Assembly (NCBI GenBank): GCA_043228905.1
Contig: JBHGNT010000014.1
Span: 19,220,001 to 19,284,000, forward strand
Direction: 5' to 3'
DNA length: 64,000 nt
Source: Azolla caroliniana
Lineage: Eukaryota > Plantae > Polypodiophyta
The position numbers and the translations under genes are program-made. Below the pieces are notes generated by a model. The model had not been told where the DNA came from. It made no database searches and saw only the letters and a program-made list of their open reading frames with translations. This document shows, in pieces, positions 52,201 through 64,000 of this stretch (position 1 is the stretch's first letter; the number at the start of each line of letters is the position of its first letter).

Positions 52201-53230
52201 CAATTTCTGGGTTAAGGTTTCTCTCAAGCTATTCAAGAAAGCTATGCATGTTAAATCAACAGACGAATGCGAGATACGGTCTATAAAACTCCAAGCTCAG
52301 ATCTCTCATATTATTCCAGATAAAATTGCAAGATGCAGTCTTTTAAACTACATTCAAAGCTCAGACCTATCAACAGACAAATTCAAGATAGAATCTTTGA
52401 AACTCCAATCCTAAGCTCGGATATCTAAGGTTATTCCAGAAAGTTATGCGTAAAGCAAGATACAGTCTTTTAAAGTCCACTTCTTTAATAAAATTTCTCA
52501 AACTAATCAAGAAAGTTATACAAAGATCAACAGAAAAATGCAAGATACCAAAAAGTCAACGAAAATTCTGATATTGTCCTCATAAACTAACCGACAGACA
52601 AATGTGTAAAAATAACCTAAAACATCTTTTAAATCCATTTCCAAGTTCAGATTTCTCGGAATGTTCCAGAAACCTATGCAACGAATCAAAGGACGGAAAT
52701 GCATAAAAGGCAACCAGAAGTATATTATAATCTAATTCGGACCACTCCAGAATTTCCAAGCTCAGATGCCCCAGATTATTCCGAAATCTATATGCACAAA
52801 GAAAGCACCAAAAAACATGAACTGCATATAGCACGTTTTCATCTCCATATCTGTATTGTAAATTATATATTTGTATAAGAAACAAGAAACAAAATGCAGC
52901 ATTCAGAACCGCAAGCCATATCCACCAGAAATTGGCACAGCATGGTCTAAACCTGAGGACTAATTAAGAAAAAGCCAGGGGTATACGAAATGTAGAGACC
53001 TTCTTCCCTTCAGAATCGAAGAAGAAGACACGATACTCCAATGTTTCCGGTTTCCCTTCTTCTTTGACGCTGTAGCTCGTGGACTTAACAGCGGTGGCTT
53101 GGCAGCGAGAAGAGAGCAAAGAAACGCTTCTAAATGTCGGCGCTCGAAGAGTCCTGGAGAGCTTCGGGGAGTTGCAGGAGAGGAGAGGGTGAGAGGGGGC
53201 GTGAAGCAGAGCTCGGATCGCCGTCGCCAT
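49220..53230 (-). CDS. PPa6: Plastid soluble inorganic pyrophosphatase (~288 aa)
   Basis: Exons 53230-53000, 50984-50824, 50489-50389, 50304-50123, 49670-49572 and 49312-49220. Transit peptide; [55 protein letters not shown]. Confidence 0.96.
51080..52810. repeat. Degenerate minisatellite-like array in PPa6 intron 1
   Basis: Recurrent AAGCTCAGAT...TTATTCCAGAAAGCTATGCAAG motif (e.g. ~51115, 51365, 51756, 52001, 52229, 52311, 52430, 52663). Confidence 0.65.
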
Positions 53231-53369
53231 GGCTGCTCCTGCTGCTTCCTCTTCTTCTTCGTCCTTCCTGTCTTTCTTTTTCTTTCGATTTTCTGTGGCT
53301 AATGGAAAACTTCGACTAAAATCTCCTTCTTTCTTCTTTCTTCTCTTCTTCTCTTCTTTCTTACGTTGG

Positions 53370-53633
53370 AAAACATTCGTTTGCCTACGTTGGGAAACGA
53401 ATGCGCATGTTATTTAAACATTCTTCTTCTTCTTCTTTTCCCTTTTTTTAAAGTTTTGTTTTTTGTTTTTTTCCGTTTTTTTTAGGTTTATGTATTATGT
53501 ATTTAACTCATAATAAATAGTTAATCCAGAAGAAGTATGATATTTACCATTCTTCGAGGGTGTTTAGCATTACTCGAATGATTGAAACATTCGCGAATGT
53601 GAATGCACGTGTGGTACGTATGGTTCATACTAT
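53370..53633 (-). repeat. Inverted homologue of the 46211-46436 element, upstream of PPa6
   Basis: Reverse complement aligns by eye with 46211-46436. Confidence 0.75.
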
Positions 53634-54085
53634 GTGTCCAAGCTTTCTGTCAATGTAAAAAAATGCTCTCCGTTTTTGGTTCCTCATGGAGACCTGGGAA
53701 TGAAGTTTATTGTCCATCTTGTTGGTCGGGATTCGACCAATAATAAGCGCGCCCGACTGCTTATGCCTCCTGAGTTGAGCCCCGAGGACACGAAATTGAG
53801 CATGTAGCCGAACCACCATATTAATCCTTTGCTCACCATCCAGTGTGCAAATCTCAGCTCCACGTACATCACCAGATCATACGCATCCGTGGGAAATCGT
53901 GAAAACTTGGGAGGCTATTTCAAGAAAGTTCAATAAAGATTATACTCGTTGTCCTTAATCGATCTCTAGATAGACATTAAAAATATCTCTCTCTCTTATT
54001 TGTTTTTATTTTTTATGATTGGGTACAAATCCTATTATTGTAATCAATTGTCTCATAGGCTTGGTCTTAGAAGACTTTAGTATAA

Positions 54086-54126
<41 letters not shown>

Positions 54127-56135
54127 TTTTCTGTGGATGTGGAGAACTTTGATAATACGTTATCATGTTTCGTCTCGTAGTTAATATAATAATAATGCTT
54201 CTCTTCTCTATCAATCACTTTGTGTCACATATATCTCATTCGAAAGGGCCCATCGACACCTTTCTTTGACTCACTTTGTTCTCTGGGCGTTCTGCCAAAA
54301 ATCTTCCACTGTTCTGGAAACACTTTCTTATGTCAGCAAAATCACATCATTTGTGGTTTTTTATTCAAGCGAATCATGCCATCCTAGTTTGTTATAAATC
54401 CAAAAACATCACTCAAGTTTTACATAGTTCTCAAAAGGAATCTCTACTTTAATCATCTACAAATGCCTCTTCATTGAATGTTTGATATTCAAATCCTATT
54501 TACTAATCACTCATAAGGATTGCCAAATGTTAACACATTATCAAAGCTTGTTTTAAAATGGGATATTGATTACCCATCATTAATAGGGCTCGTTAGTGAA
54601 ACTAATATCGTTACTTTTAATTAGCCATTGATCCTTTTAATCTTGTGAGTTTGAGATTTTTAAGAAAAAATCAAGTTGAGCAATTTACTCACAGAAGCAG
54701 GAGACTAATTTTGCAAGTTTACTTTTCAAGATATTGAAAGTCCATTCATGCATCGAGATGAGGTATTAGATCCATTTATTATGGCTCAAAATGACAAACT
54801 TATACCCCACCCAAGTTCACCTTTGCCATCCCCAAGAAACTAAAACAAATGATATGGCTTGAATTTACATTGTTACTCTTATTTTACCCCTCTCCTCTAA
54901 TTGAATTTTATTTTCTCGCTCACATCTCCTTTCTCCTTTTCCTCAATCTCATAAAGCACATCTCATCATCCAATACTTCTTCTCCCCTAGTTATTGCGAT
55001 GTCTTTTTCACCCACTTTACCCATATACTCCATATCACGATTCACAACCCCTAACTTTACTTAGCAATAACCACATTTGTCGTTATCCTATGCAAGGTCA
55101 TCAATCACATAATACCTGCAATCTTTAAAATTACCGATGTGACAATTCGTCACCCCTTTGTTGCTACAATAGTTGACTTTAGACATTATTATATTTATCT
55201 TGAAATAATCATCATTTCAAGAGAAGACTATGTTGAAGTAAACGTAGACATGTGCAAATAAACACAATGAGCGACTTTTGATCTTCATATTTATGAAGCG
55301 TTGTAGTTACCAACAAAGTACTAATTATAGGGATTATATATAAACTACGAGCAAGACACGTCAAAATCTAGTATTCAATGAAGCAATCATGCAAACTCAT
55401 TAAAGATGTTACTATTATTATCATGATTCCCGCTCTCACAAGGAAAGATGCAATAATTTGTACCAATGTAAACAATGTGGATTCATCAAATGTACAAGAT
55501 TATACACATCACCTAGCAAATTTGGTAGCTTACCTACCCATTGGTATGAGGTACAAGCAACTAGCACACAAAACCTTAGAAAGTGTGTGTGCACAAAAAT
55601 TTGATACTCTAACAATGAGCATGCACTCACAACACTTCACTTGCATGGTTTTTCAAAGATAGTGTGCTCCCTAATCACTCGCATACTTGTGTAAAGATTG
55701 TGTGTCCACCACCACTAGATTACACGTGCTCTCTATTAACTGCAATCAGTGTAAGTACACCAATTCACTCTCTTAATATAAGAGGTGTATTGTTAGTCCA
55801 CAAACTACGAGTTGACGACGTTGCACACATGATTATTAACAACAAGCATGATGGAAGCAATGACGATGATGCCAAACCAATACGCTTGTTGATGATTTCT
55901 CGATTCATCCCCATCTCCAACACTTGTCCATGCCACCCCCACCATCCATCAATCAAAATCCTTACAATTATCTACACAAAAGGTATGAGAAACAATGTGG
56001 TTTCTAATACACACATACCTCCACATGTTCACAATATCAACTCACCGTGTGAGTTGGCCTCCTCACTTAGTTATCATACAGGAACCCATATAATTAGATG
56101 GTTTGGCTCGTAGAGTGAGAGACAAGGTTTATACG

Positions 56136-56199
56136 AAGACCTTTGGATTATGCTTTTAAGTTCGTATTGATAGCTTAAAAAGCATAATCCAAAGGTCTT
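56136..56199. repeat. Near-perfect hairpin (~25-bp arms, 13-nt loop)
   Basis: AAGACCTTTGGATTATGCTTTTAAG ... CTTAAAAAGCATAATCCAAAGGTCTT. Confidence 0.9.
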
Positions 56200-56285
56200 A
56201 AGTGCTGATTGATAGCTTGTGATGGCCTATGTCTCAATAGTTTGTATTTCCACACATAGGTCACGCTTTTTTATAGGAATAAGGT

Positions 56286-56793
56286 CATGAGTGTAACCAC
56301 AACTAGCCACATGATATAATGAACCATAGTTCTCTAACCTTAAGGTTAGTATGTGTGGGTTAGTTCATAAGAATTTAAGGGTAATGATTGACTTATTGTT
56401 AATCCTATAATGCGAGATGACTAATGAGTATTCCATCACTTGACCCATCCTAATTTATTCACGTGTTAAAAGACCACAAAAGAAGGCTAGCTATTTTCAC
56501 GAAAGGGACAAGAGTTATGACACTGAGACTCTATTAGTGCATGAGTGTAACCACAACTAGCCACATGATATAATGAACCATAGTTCTCTAACCTTAAGGT
56601 TAGTATGTGTGGGTTAGTTCATAAGAAATCAAGGGTAATGATTGACTTATTGTTAATCCTATAATGCGAGATGACTAATGAGTATTCCATCACTTGACCC
56701 ATTCTAATTTATTCACGTGTTAAAAGATCACAAAAGAAGGCTAGCTATTTTCACGAAAGGGACAAGAGTTATGACATTGAGACTCTATTAGTG
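56286..56793 (+). repeat. Recent 254-bp tandem duplication
   Basis: 56286-56539 and 56540-56793 are nearly identical (about 5 substitutions). Confidence 0.93.
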
Positions 56794-56819
56794 CGGCAAA
56801 GTTGAAGATGTATACTCAT

Positions 56820-56985
56820 GTTCCTCCTTCTTCGATGCCAAGGTATGATCCAGGTATGTACTCGTTGGTATGGGACACCGACATGGGACTTGGTTTCGTT
56901 TCTCACCTTTGCCATGGGGTAGACTAGCACCCATTTTTTCTTATTTTTATTTGCTTAACATTCATGATCTTCTTATACACATAGT
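56820..56985 (+). repeat. Dispersed repeat, copy 1 (copy 2 at ~58240-58430)
   Basis: Shared CCAAGGTA.GATCCA.GT..GTAC....TGGTATGGGACACC.ACA.GGGACTTGG.T.CGT.TCTCACCTT. Confidence 0.7.
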
Positions 56986-57105
56986 GTTACAAGCATAACC
57001 ATGGTCTGTAACCATAGATTGACACATGCATGATATTCGTGATATTCTCCATGTGTGATATTTGCAATATTCGAGAATAAGAAATGGGCCCAAGAATATT
57101 ATAAA

Positions 57106-57422
57106 GGGAAAAGTAACAGGATACCCCTAAAAGTTCGTCTATTTACCATAATGCCCCTAGAAGTTCCAAATTAACCAAACTACCCCTATGTCCAAAAACT
57201 TACACTTTATAAAGTATGTAATTATACACTCAAATCTACAAGCCCTATTGACCAAAGATGGAAGAAATGGACCCGAACAAGCCCTATTTACCAAAGATTT
57301 GAGTGTATAATTACTTTATAAAGTGTAAATTTTTGGACATAGGGGTAATTTGGTAAATTTGGAACTTCTAGGGGCATTCTGGTAAATAGACGAACTTCCA
57401 GGGGTATCCTGGTACTTTTCCC
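57106..57422. mobile_element. Mutator-like MITE (foldback)
   Basis: ~130-bp TIRs starting GGGAAAAGTA and ending TACTTTTCCC; 9-bp TSD TATTATAAA / TGTTATAAA (1 mismatch). Confidence 0.88.
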
Positions 57423-57519
57423 TGTTATAAAACCATTTGTTTTGTGAAATAACTTCACATAATATAAATTAATTAATTCACTAAACATAGAAAAATGACT
57501 CATTAATAGATTATAAAAA

Positions 57520-57960
57520 TAGGATTAGTGTCAAATAAAAATATCCACGAAATTTGGGAGACTAAAAAAGGGGAGTTTATGAACCTTTATTTTATTTTAT
57601 TTATTAAAAAAAAACACAAATATTTGTACATCTATTATAGAAATCGTTTTAATGTCAAACAAAAATATCCAAAAGATCCTGGAGAAGTAAAAGGGGGGAG
57701 TTAATGAACCTTTATTTTATTTATTATTTATCTAAAAAAATGAATACTTTTATATCTATTATAAAAATATAATTAGTGTCTAAGTCCCATTTTTATTTTT
57801 TATATATAGAGACTAAAAAGGAGGGGGTTTATGAACTCTTTTTTTTACGAATACTTTTTCATGCATTCATATTCGTATACATTCGTGGCCCGTGGGGTCT
57901 GAGAGACGAAAAGGGCAGGAGTTTATTAACTTTTCTTTTTTAACGAATATTTTTTCATGA
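57520..57960 (+). repeat. Four degenerate ~110-125-bp tandem units
   Basis: GAGAC.AAAA.GGG..GAGTTTATGAAC.TTT repeated at ~57558, 57682, 57809 and 57903. Confidence 0.6.
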
Positions 57961-58807
57961 GTTCAATGTTAATCTATGACGTTACCATAGTTGTGGGCTA
58001 ATTTATAAGAATGATTGGTGAGGATCGAGTTATCTCAATCCCACGATGGGAGATAACTCAAGAGAGTGTTTCATCACTTGACTACTGTATAAAAAAAAGC
58101 GATCAAGTGTGAATAAAACAAGGGCCTACGGTTTGAGAATGCTAGCTACCTTCATGAAGCAAGGATCTATTTTCTTTATTGATTTGAGACAGAGACTGTG
58201 GCAACGTTGCAAAGCTCTAGCTTCATACATGATACATGTGTGCCTCCTTCTTCTTCAAACCCAAGGTACGATCCATGTCCGTACACAGTGGTATGGGACA
58301 CCAACAAGGGACTTGGATCCGTCTCTCACCTTCGGTAGGGGTTAGTCAGGTGGATTATCGCCTTTTCTTCCTTATTTTGCCTCTTTAATTTTGTTGAACG
58401 TTAATGAGCTTCTTCTTACACACATAGGCACAACAACAATTGGGAATTCTCAGTCTCATTATCCTTAAAGAAGATAACGCGAATTATCCACGGACCGCAA
58501 TCATTATCGATCTCTGGCTCCAACGAGAGGGACATTGCTTGAAGAACCCGGGGAAATAAATAAACATGAAGAAAGGAGGAGGGGTATTTGGGGAATTTTG
58601 GTAAATTTGCAAAAATAGAAAGAAAAATTTGGGAGAGGAAGAGAGGGGCATATTTAGAATTGTTGGAAATTGGAGGGGTATTTTATGCAAATAATTTCAA
58701 TACGAATAAAAATTGGAGGGAAAGAAGAAGAAGAAGAAGAAGAAGAAGAAGAACATCGAAGATGATGATGATGAAGATCTTAGAAATTATCAGAACCTGA
58801 AGCTTCC

Positions 58808-61800
58808 ATGGCGACCTTGACGTTCTGCGCAGACGACGACGAAGGCGATGAGGATCCCTACTTTCTCTCTGCCATCGCAGAAGCAGAAGCGGAAAGCTTA
58901 CGACGTCTCTCCGCGGAGCGAAGCAAACGATATAACCTCCCCGATCAGCCCTGCGAGAGCGTTTCTTCGAACATTTCTTGCAGCGATCATCCTCACGGTT
59001 TAATTAGTGGAACGCCAGCTAAGAGGCTCAAGGCTGAGCCGGAAGGTGAGTATTTGGCTGCTCTTCGAGGTACGCACAGTGAGACATGGCAAGCTATGGC
59101 CAATAATAATAAGATCAGACCAGATGGAAGATCGAAAATTACGGCTTCTTCTTCTTCCTCTTCGTTCTCTGCGATTGCAGGGTTTGAAAGTGTAACAGGA
59201 GGAGGTTCTTGTTTCCATTGTGGTAAAGAAGGACACTGGGCAAGAGATTGTCCAATTAAACCTCTCAGTAATGTGTCTTGGGGATCTGACAATAGCAATA
59301 TGTGAGTTTTCCCTTTCTTTTGTTTCCTTTCCGTTTCCGTTGATTTATTAGTTTTTTCTTTTATAATAGTTTTTATTTCCTCTCCATTCAGTTTTTCTAA
59401 ATTCATTCAAAGTGGAACTCGGCTAGTTATTCTCATGTATCTGACAATACCAATTTGTGAGTTTTCCGTTTGTTTTCACATACTCTTTGGTTCTTTATAA
59501 AGGTTCTAGATAGCTATCCAGCGTAGAAATACTGGAGATCCTTCTTCTTTTCTTTTCATCTTCTTTCTTTTATCTATGTAAGTATTTAGTCAAAAATCCG
59601 TGGGAATATCTGTATTCCTTTGTTCTTTTATAAGAGACAAGTTAGTATTCCAGCAGAGATGTGTGAGTTTTGTCTTATTTTTCATTGTTCTTTTATATGA
59701 AATTAGATAGCTATTCATGGTACATGTATCCTAGTTACCTGACAATAGAATTGAACTTTTATTGCCTTCTCATTTGTTTTCTTTTACAAGGAATTGGTTG
59801 GTGATCCGTGTCATACGCCTCAGTATTTGAGCTTTATTTCCTTTTCCTTTTCCTTTTCTTTCGTGTACATTCTCATAAAAATTCAGTGAGATGTCTGTTC
59901 CTTCTATACTCTAGGAGTTGAATACTGAAATGTATGTTTTTTCATTCCTTTTGATTTTTTCTTGGTTATTTTGTAAGGATTTATTTAGCTATCCACGCCA
60001 TGTCATCCTGGGAAGCTGATAGTAGCAATATGTGAGATTTTCATTTCTTCCATCTTTCTTTTGTTCTTTTATAAGGACTTTATTTGACAATCCAGAGTAG
60101 CAATTTTCTTTCTTTTGCTCCTTTGTAAGGATTTAGCTAGCTCTACACGGAAATACTTGAGTTTTCTGTTTCTTCATTTTCTTATTTTGCTGTTTTTTTA
60201 GGATTTAGTATGCATCCTGATGATCTGATTGTAGCAGCATGCACGGTTTTCTTTCTTTGGATTTAGTTAGCTAGTCATGCCTTACATATTCTAGGTATAT
60301 GATAATACAAAAATTTGCATCTTGACATCGTTTCTTCTTTTATGAGGATTTAGCTAGCATTTTTATGGCACATGCATTGAAGAGATTTGAGAATATCAAT
60401 ACTCGAGTTTTCTATCTTTCTTTTCTTCCTTTTCGTGGATTTGGTAATCTGTTCATGCGTATTGCATTGTGAAGATCTCATAGTAGCAACATGTTGGTTT
60501 TATTTCCTTTCCTTTCCTTTCTTTTCTATAGTGATTTGCTTTGCTATCCATCCCATCATGCCATGATTTATGCTTTCGAGTCTTTTATCATGGGAATCTG
60601 GAAATATTAGTCTATGATATTTTCCATTCTTTTCAATTTCCTCTCCTTTTTTTTCATATACGAGGACTTAGCTAGCCACCATGCTTTATGGCTCTAACAG
60701 TAGCAGCATGCTCGCTTCCTTTCCTTTTTCCTTTTTTTAAGGTTTTAACTACATAACCATTCAAGGATTTGGTTAGCCACCCTCTAGGCCTAATATGAGT
60801 GATATATGAAATTTTCTTTCCTTTCTTTTTTATCATTGTTTTCCTTCTAAATGGCGTAGGGATTCAGTTAGCTATCCATTCATACACATCCTGGGATCTG
60901 ATAGTAGCAGTGTATAATGTTTTCTTCATTTTCATTTTCTTTCTTTTGTTCTTTTATAAGGGTCTACGTAGGTTTACAGACATGCATGCACCTTGATCCT
61001 TTCATCCCAGGTATACGATTGTAGCAATATGTCAATTTTCTTCCCTTCTCCTTATCTCTTATGTTCTTCTTTAAATATTTCGTAGCTATCCATGCCACAT
61101 TCATCCTATTGATCTGAAAATGATGTTGAACTCTTTCTTTTTTCTCCAGGCCTCAAGTTGCAGACAAGCAATGTCCTTGTGGTGCAGGAATGTGCGAGGT
61201 TTTGACAGCAAATACAGAAAAGAATAATGGCCGCCAATTTTACAAGTGTCCACTAAGAAAGGTATGAAATGTCCTATTGTGTTTATGTTTTCGTTTCTTG
61301 TGAAGTTCTCTATGGAATTATCTTTGTCTTTTCCTGGAGTTTTACTCGAGTCTCGTACTAATGTCTTGACCCTGGACTTATACAGGAGGAAGGACAGTGT
61401 GGGTTCTTTGAATGGTGTGATGTCCCTATGGGTATTACTGAAGGAACTTCCAGAGATAGAGAGCAGAGAAATGTTCAATATTCGGAATTGCCTTGCCCTT
61501 GTGGTGCAGGACCATGTGCCATGCTGACAGCTAAAACTGAGAAAAATATGGGACGTCAATTCTTCAAATGTCCTCTTAATCAGGTGATTGTATGTTTGGT
61601 TTTCAAAATCTCTGCTTCATGAAACCTGAATCTACAAGTTGTTTTCAATCATTTGTTTATAGTCTGTAGTTCTCTCAATGGAGACTGAGGAAGAATGGGA
61701 AGTAGAACTAGCTGCTAAGGAGAAGGGTTATGGTTTCTTGCAAGAAAGGATCACTCGATAAATTAAGAAAAACCCACATGGTATGCATTAGAAGAATGAG

Positions 61801-62995
61801 AAGCAGAACTATCTGCTAAGGATAAGAAGGGCTAAGGTTTCTTGAACAGGAATGTAGACAAACCAACCGGATCCTCACAAGAATGGATCGTTCACTAAAC
61901 AAAAAGAAAACCACATGTATTTGATTCTCGTACGCATTACGGGACTATGTGTCTACAAGAAGACATACCTTTATATAAGCCCAAAACCCTAAATAAGAGA
62001 TCTATCCTAAAGGTAGAATGATGTAGACCACATTTTAGTCTTTAAGCTTCGGAAAACTAGTAAGACATGAATTTCCTACTTTATCATCCTAGATTATGAA
62101 TGATGTAGGTCACACCTGGGGGTTAGCGTCAGTAGTACATGGAAATTTCTACAGGGAGAAAATGCATGTAGCCTCCTTAAGTAGTGATGATAATTCCAAA
62201 TGTACATTTACCTCCAGAAGTTCATGATGTATTTAAAATCCATGAAAGTTATCATTAGTATTGACCTAATAAATCTATTTCATGAAGTTTGAATCTACAA
62301 CTTGTGATTACGAATAATGTATAAAATTTTTGAATAATGTTCTGATGCAGGGAGAAGGTTCATGTGGCTTCTTCAAATGGTGTGATGATAATTCTTCTTC
62401 AGCTCCAGCAAGTCTGGCATATGGAAACCCATTTCAGGAGAGGTCAGCCCCTTCTCCACAAACACCATCTGGACAATGCTATAAATGTGGAATGGGAGGC
62501 CATTGGGCTAAAGATTGCTCAAACCCAATCAATCAAAATGTTAAAGTATATGCTAACAACACAAAGACTAGTAATCAGCATCAATCTCTTGGAAATGCAA
62601 CAACTGCTGGCGTGACTTGCTACAAGTGTGGCCAAGTTGGTCATTGGGCAAATACATGTGGTATGAATCCACCTCAGCTTGCAAGAGGAATTAGAGCTGG
62701 TTCAAATGGAGAGTTTCCTAATGGTCCAGGTGGTGTTGTGAGCGGATCAGGTGCTAATACTAATGTTAATTCTGGAGGTTGTTTTAAGTGTGGAGAGCAT
62801 GGTCATTGGTCCCGAGATTGCCCTGGTATCTTGAATGCTCGGTTAAGTAGTAACTTTGGAGGGCAATGTGAAGGTGCCCCTTTCTCTGCCAAAACTACTA
62901 ATAATAGCAGTAGTAGAAATTGCTTTAAGTGTGGTGGTCAAGGTCATTGGGCTAATCAATGTATGGGAGAAGTAAAAGGAAGAGGCATGCACTAA
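58808..62995 (+). CDS. GRF zinc-finger / CCHC zinc-knuckle protein (~482 aa; resembles the TOP3alpha C-terminal region but has no topoisomerase core)
   Basis: Exons 58808-59301, 61150-61261, 61386-61583 and 62351-62995, in frame. Two CPCGAG..T.KN.GRQF.KCP..CGFF.WCD GRF fingers and five Cx2Cx4Hx4C knuckles. Confidence 0.9.
59270..61100 (+). repeat. Degenerate ~80-95-bp tandem array spanning the exon1/intron1 junction and filling intron 1
   Basis: The unit (T)GGGATCTGA.A.TAGCAATATGTGAGTTTTC + pyrimidine tract + GGATTTAG.TAGCTATCCA recurs (e.g. 59280, 59438, 60009, 60216, 60470, 60891, 61006). Confidence 0.75.
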
Positions 62996-64000
62996 GTCTT
63001 TTGTATGTGAATATGAGTGTAAATGTGTTACTATCCGCATGAAATTTTGCACAAAACTCTCTCAAGGCTTTTGCTGTGAATGTGTATAAAATTGATAATA
63101 TGCACAAATTATTACACAATTTCATAATCTGCAAACCTAGTCGTTTATAGAAATATACCTCTATAAATATGTAACTAACAACTTATGTTTCATTGGAGCA
63201 TCCAATATCACGCTATCTTTGGTATTGAATCTGTAAGGACATTGAATGTAGGGGAGAGGCAAAAGGAAGAGTGATGCATCAAGATCTATGTGAATATGTG
63301 TATTTGTAAATGTGAATGATTGAACTGCCTTATACTTCAAATTGTTTGAAGCATCTGGTGAAGTTATCAATTGTTGAAACTGCACCTTTAGGAGGTACAT
63401 CTATTGTCTTGTAGTGTTTACTTTTCAATGTCTGGTATGGGTAATGGAGAAGGATTTTGAAACTATTTGGTCTACGAGAATAGGAAGGAGGTAAATGGAA
63501 GGCCAAATTTTATAGTATGTCAATATGTGGAAATGTGATTGTGTGGTTGATCTTATGTAGAAATTCCATCTAAAAGCATATATATCTATAATTTGTAATT
63601 AACACTTCTGAAATGAATCTTTTGAGCTTGGGCTTGAATCCATACTACCAATGGAGACTTTTCTAGCATGATGATAAATGGTAACTTTATTAAAACATTT
63701 TTGGTCGTTGGAAGGGGATCTCATCAAATATGAATCCAATGTACAATTGTAACTATACATAATCTAGGTATTTGTTGATGAAGGGATTTTATCATCTATG
63801 ATATTTGGAACTCATATGATGAAGTTGACTCTTAAATTTTAATCCCATGCTATTTAATGGAAGGAAACATCCTATTATTAAACAATTGCGTTTCCCCTTA
63901 AAAAGTTGCAACAAAAGTATTGGCAGGCATTCTAAAATTATGGTCTCTATTTAGGATGAAAGAGCTTGGGTGTGTTTTGAATCATAAGTTTGTATTATTA

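Noticed and set aside
53675-53900. GC-richer intergenic patch with small hairpin TTGGTCG..CGACCAA as a possible snRNA/ncRNA
   Set aside because: No match I can recognise to U1-U6, U11/U12, SRP or MRP, and no clear USE+TATA; an Rfam scan would be needed.
58808-62995. Annotation as DNA topoisomerase 3-alpha
   Set aside because: Only GRF and CCHC fingers are present; no TOPRIM or topoisomerase IA core.

Overview
Eukaryotic nuclear DNA from a land plant. It is AT-rich with GT-AG introns, and the TE types suggest a fern or other seed-free plant, which is an inference. All coordinates were read by eye. (1) 1874-10563 is a complete 8.7-kb cut-and-paste DNA transposon with 36-bp TIRs and a 4-bp ATGA target-site duplication, inserted in a dead LINE. 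It carries two divergent genes: a Sola-like DD(D) transposase, and a 6-exon gene for a ~974-aa protein that fuses a ParB/Srx-like domain to a bacterial/phage-type beta-class N4-cytosine/N6-adenine DNA methyltransferase. The second gene has one in-frame stop, and its first intron holds three copies of a 25-bp palindrome. This is the strongest candidate for an undescribed system. (2) 10928-16900 is a single-exon, ~1990-aa secreted Thr-Pro-rich protein with three six-Cys prolamin/EC1-like domains. (3) ~21100-35142 is a TE nest: an RTE-X/L2-like LINE interrupted by an RT-deleted Copia, which is itself interrupted by a GC-rich Ty3/Gypsy with a tRNA-Trp PBS and a -1 frameshift signal. A further ~930-bp insert lies in the same LINE. 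(4) 36.9-63.0 kb holds ordinary genes (NAR2/NRT3, ARF1, tRNA-Arg(CCT), plastid pyrophosphatase PPa6, a GRF/CCHC zinc-finger protein), plus a Mutator-like MITE, tandem duplications and repeat-built introns.
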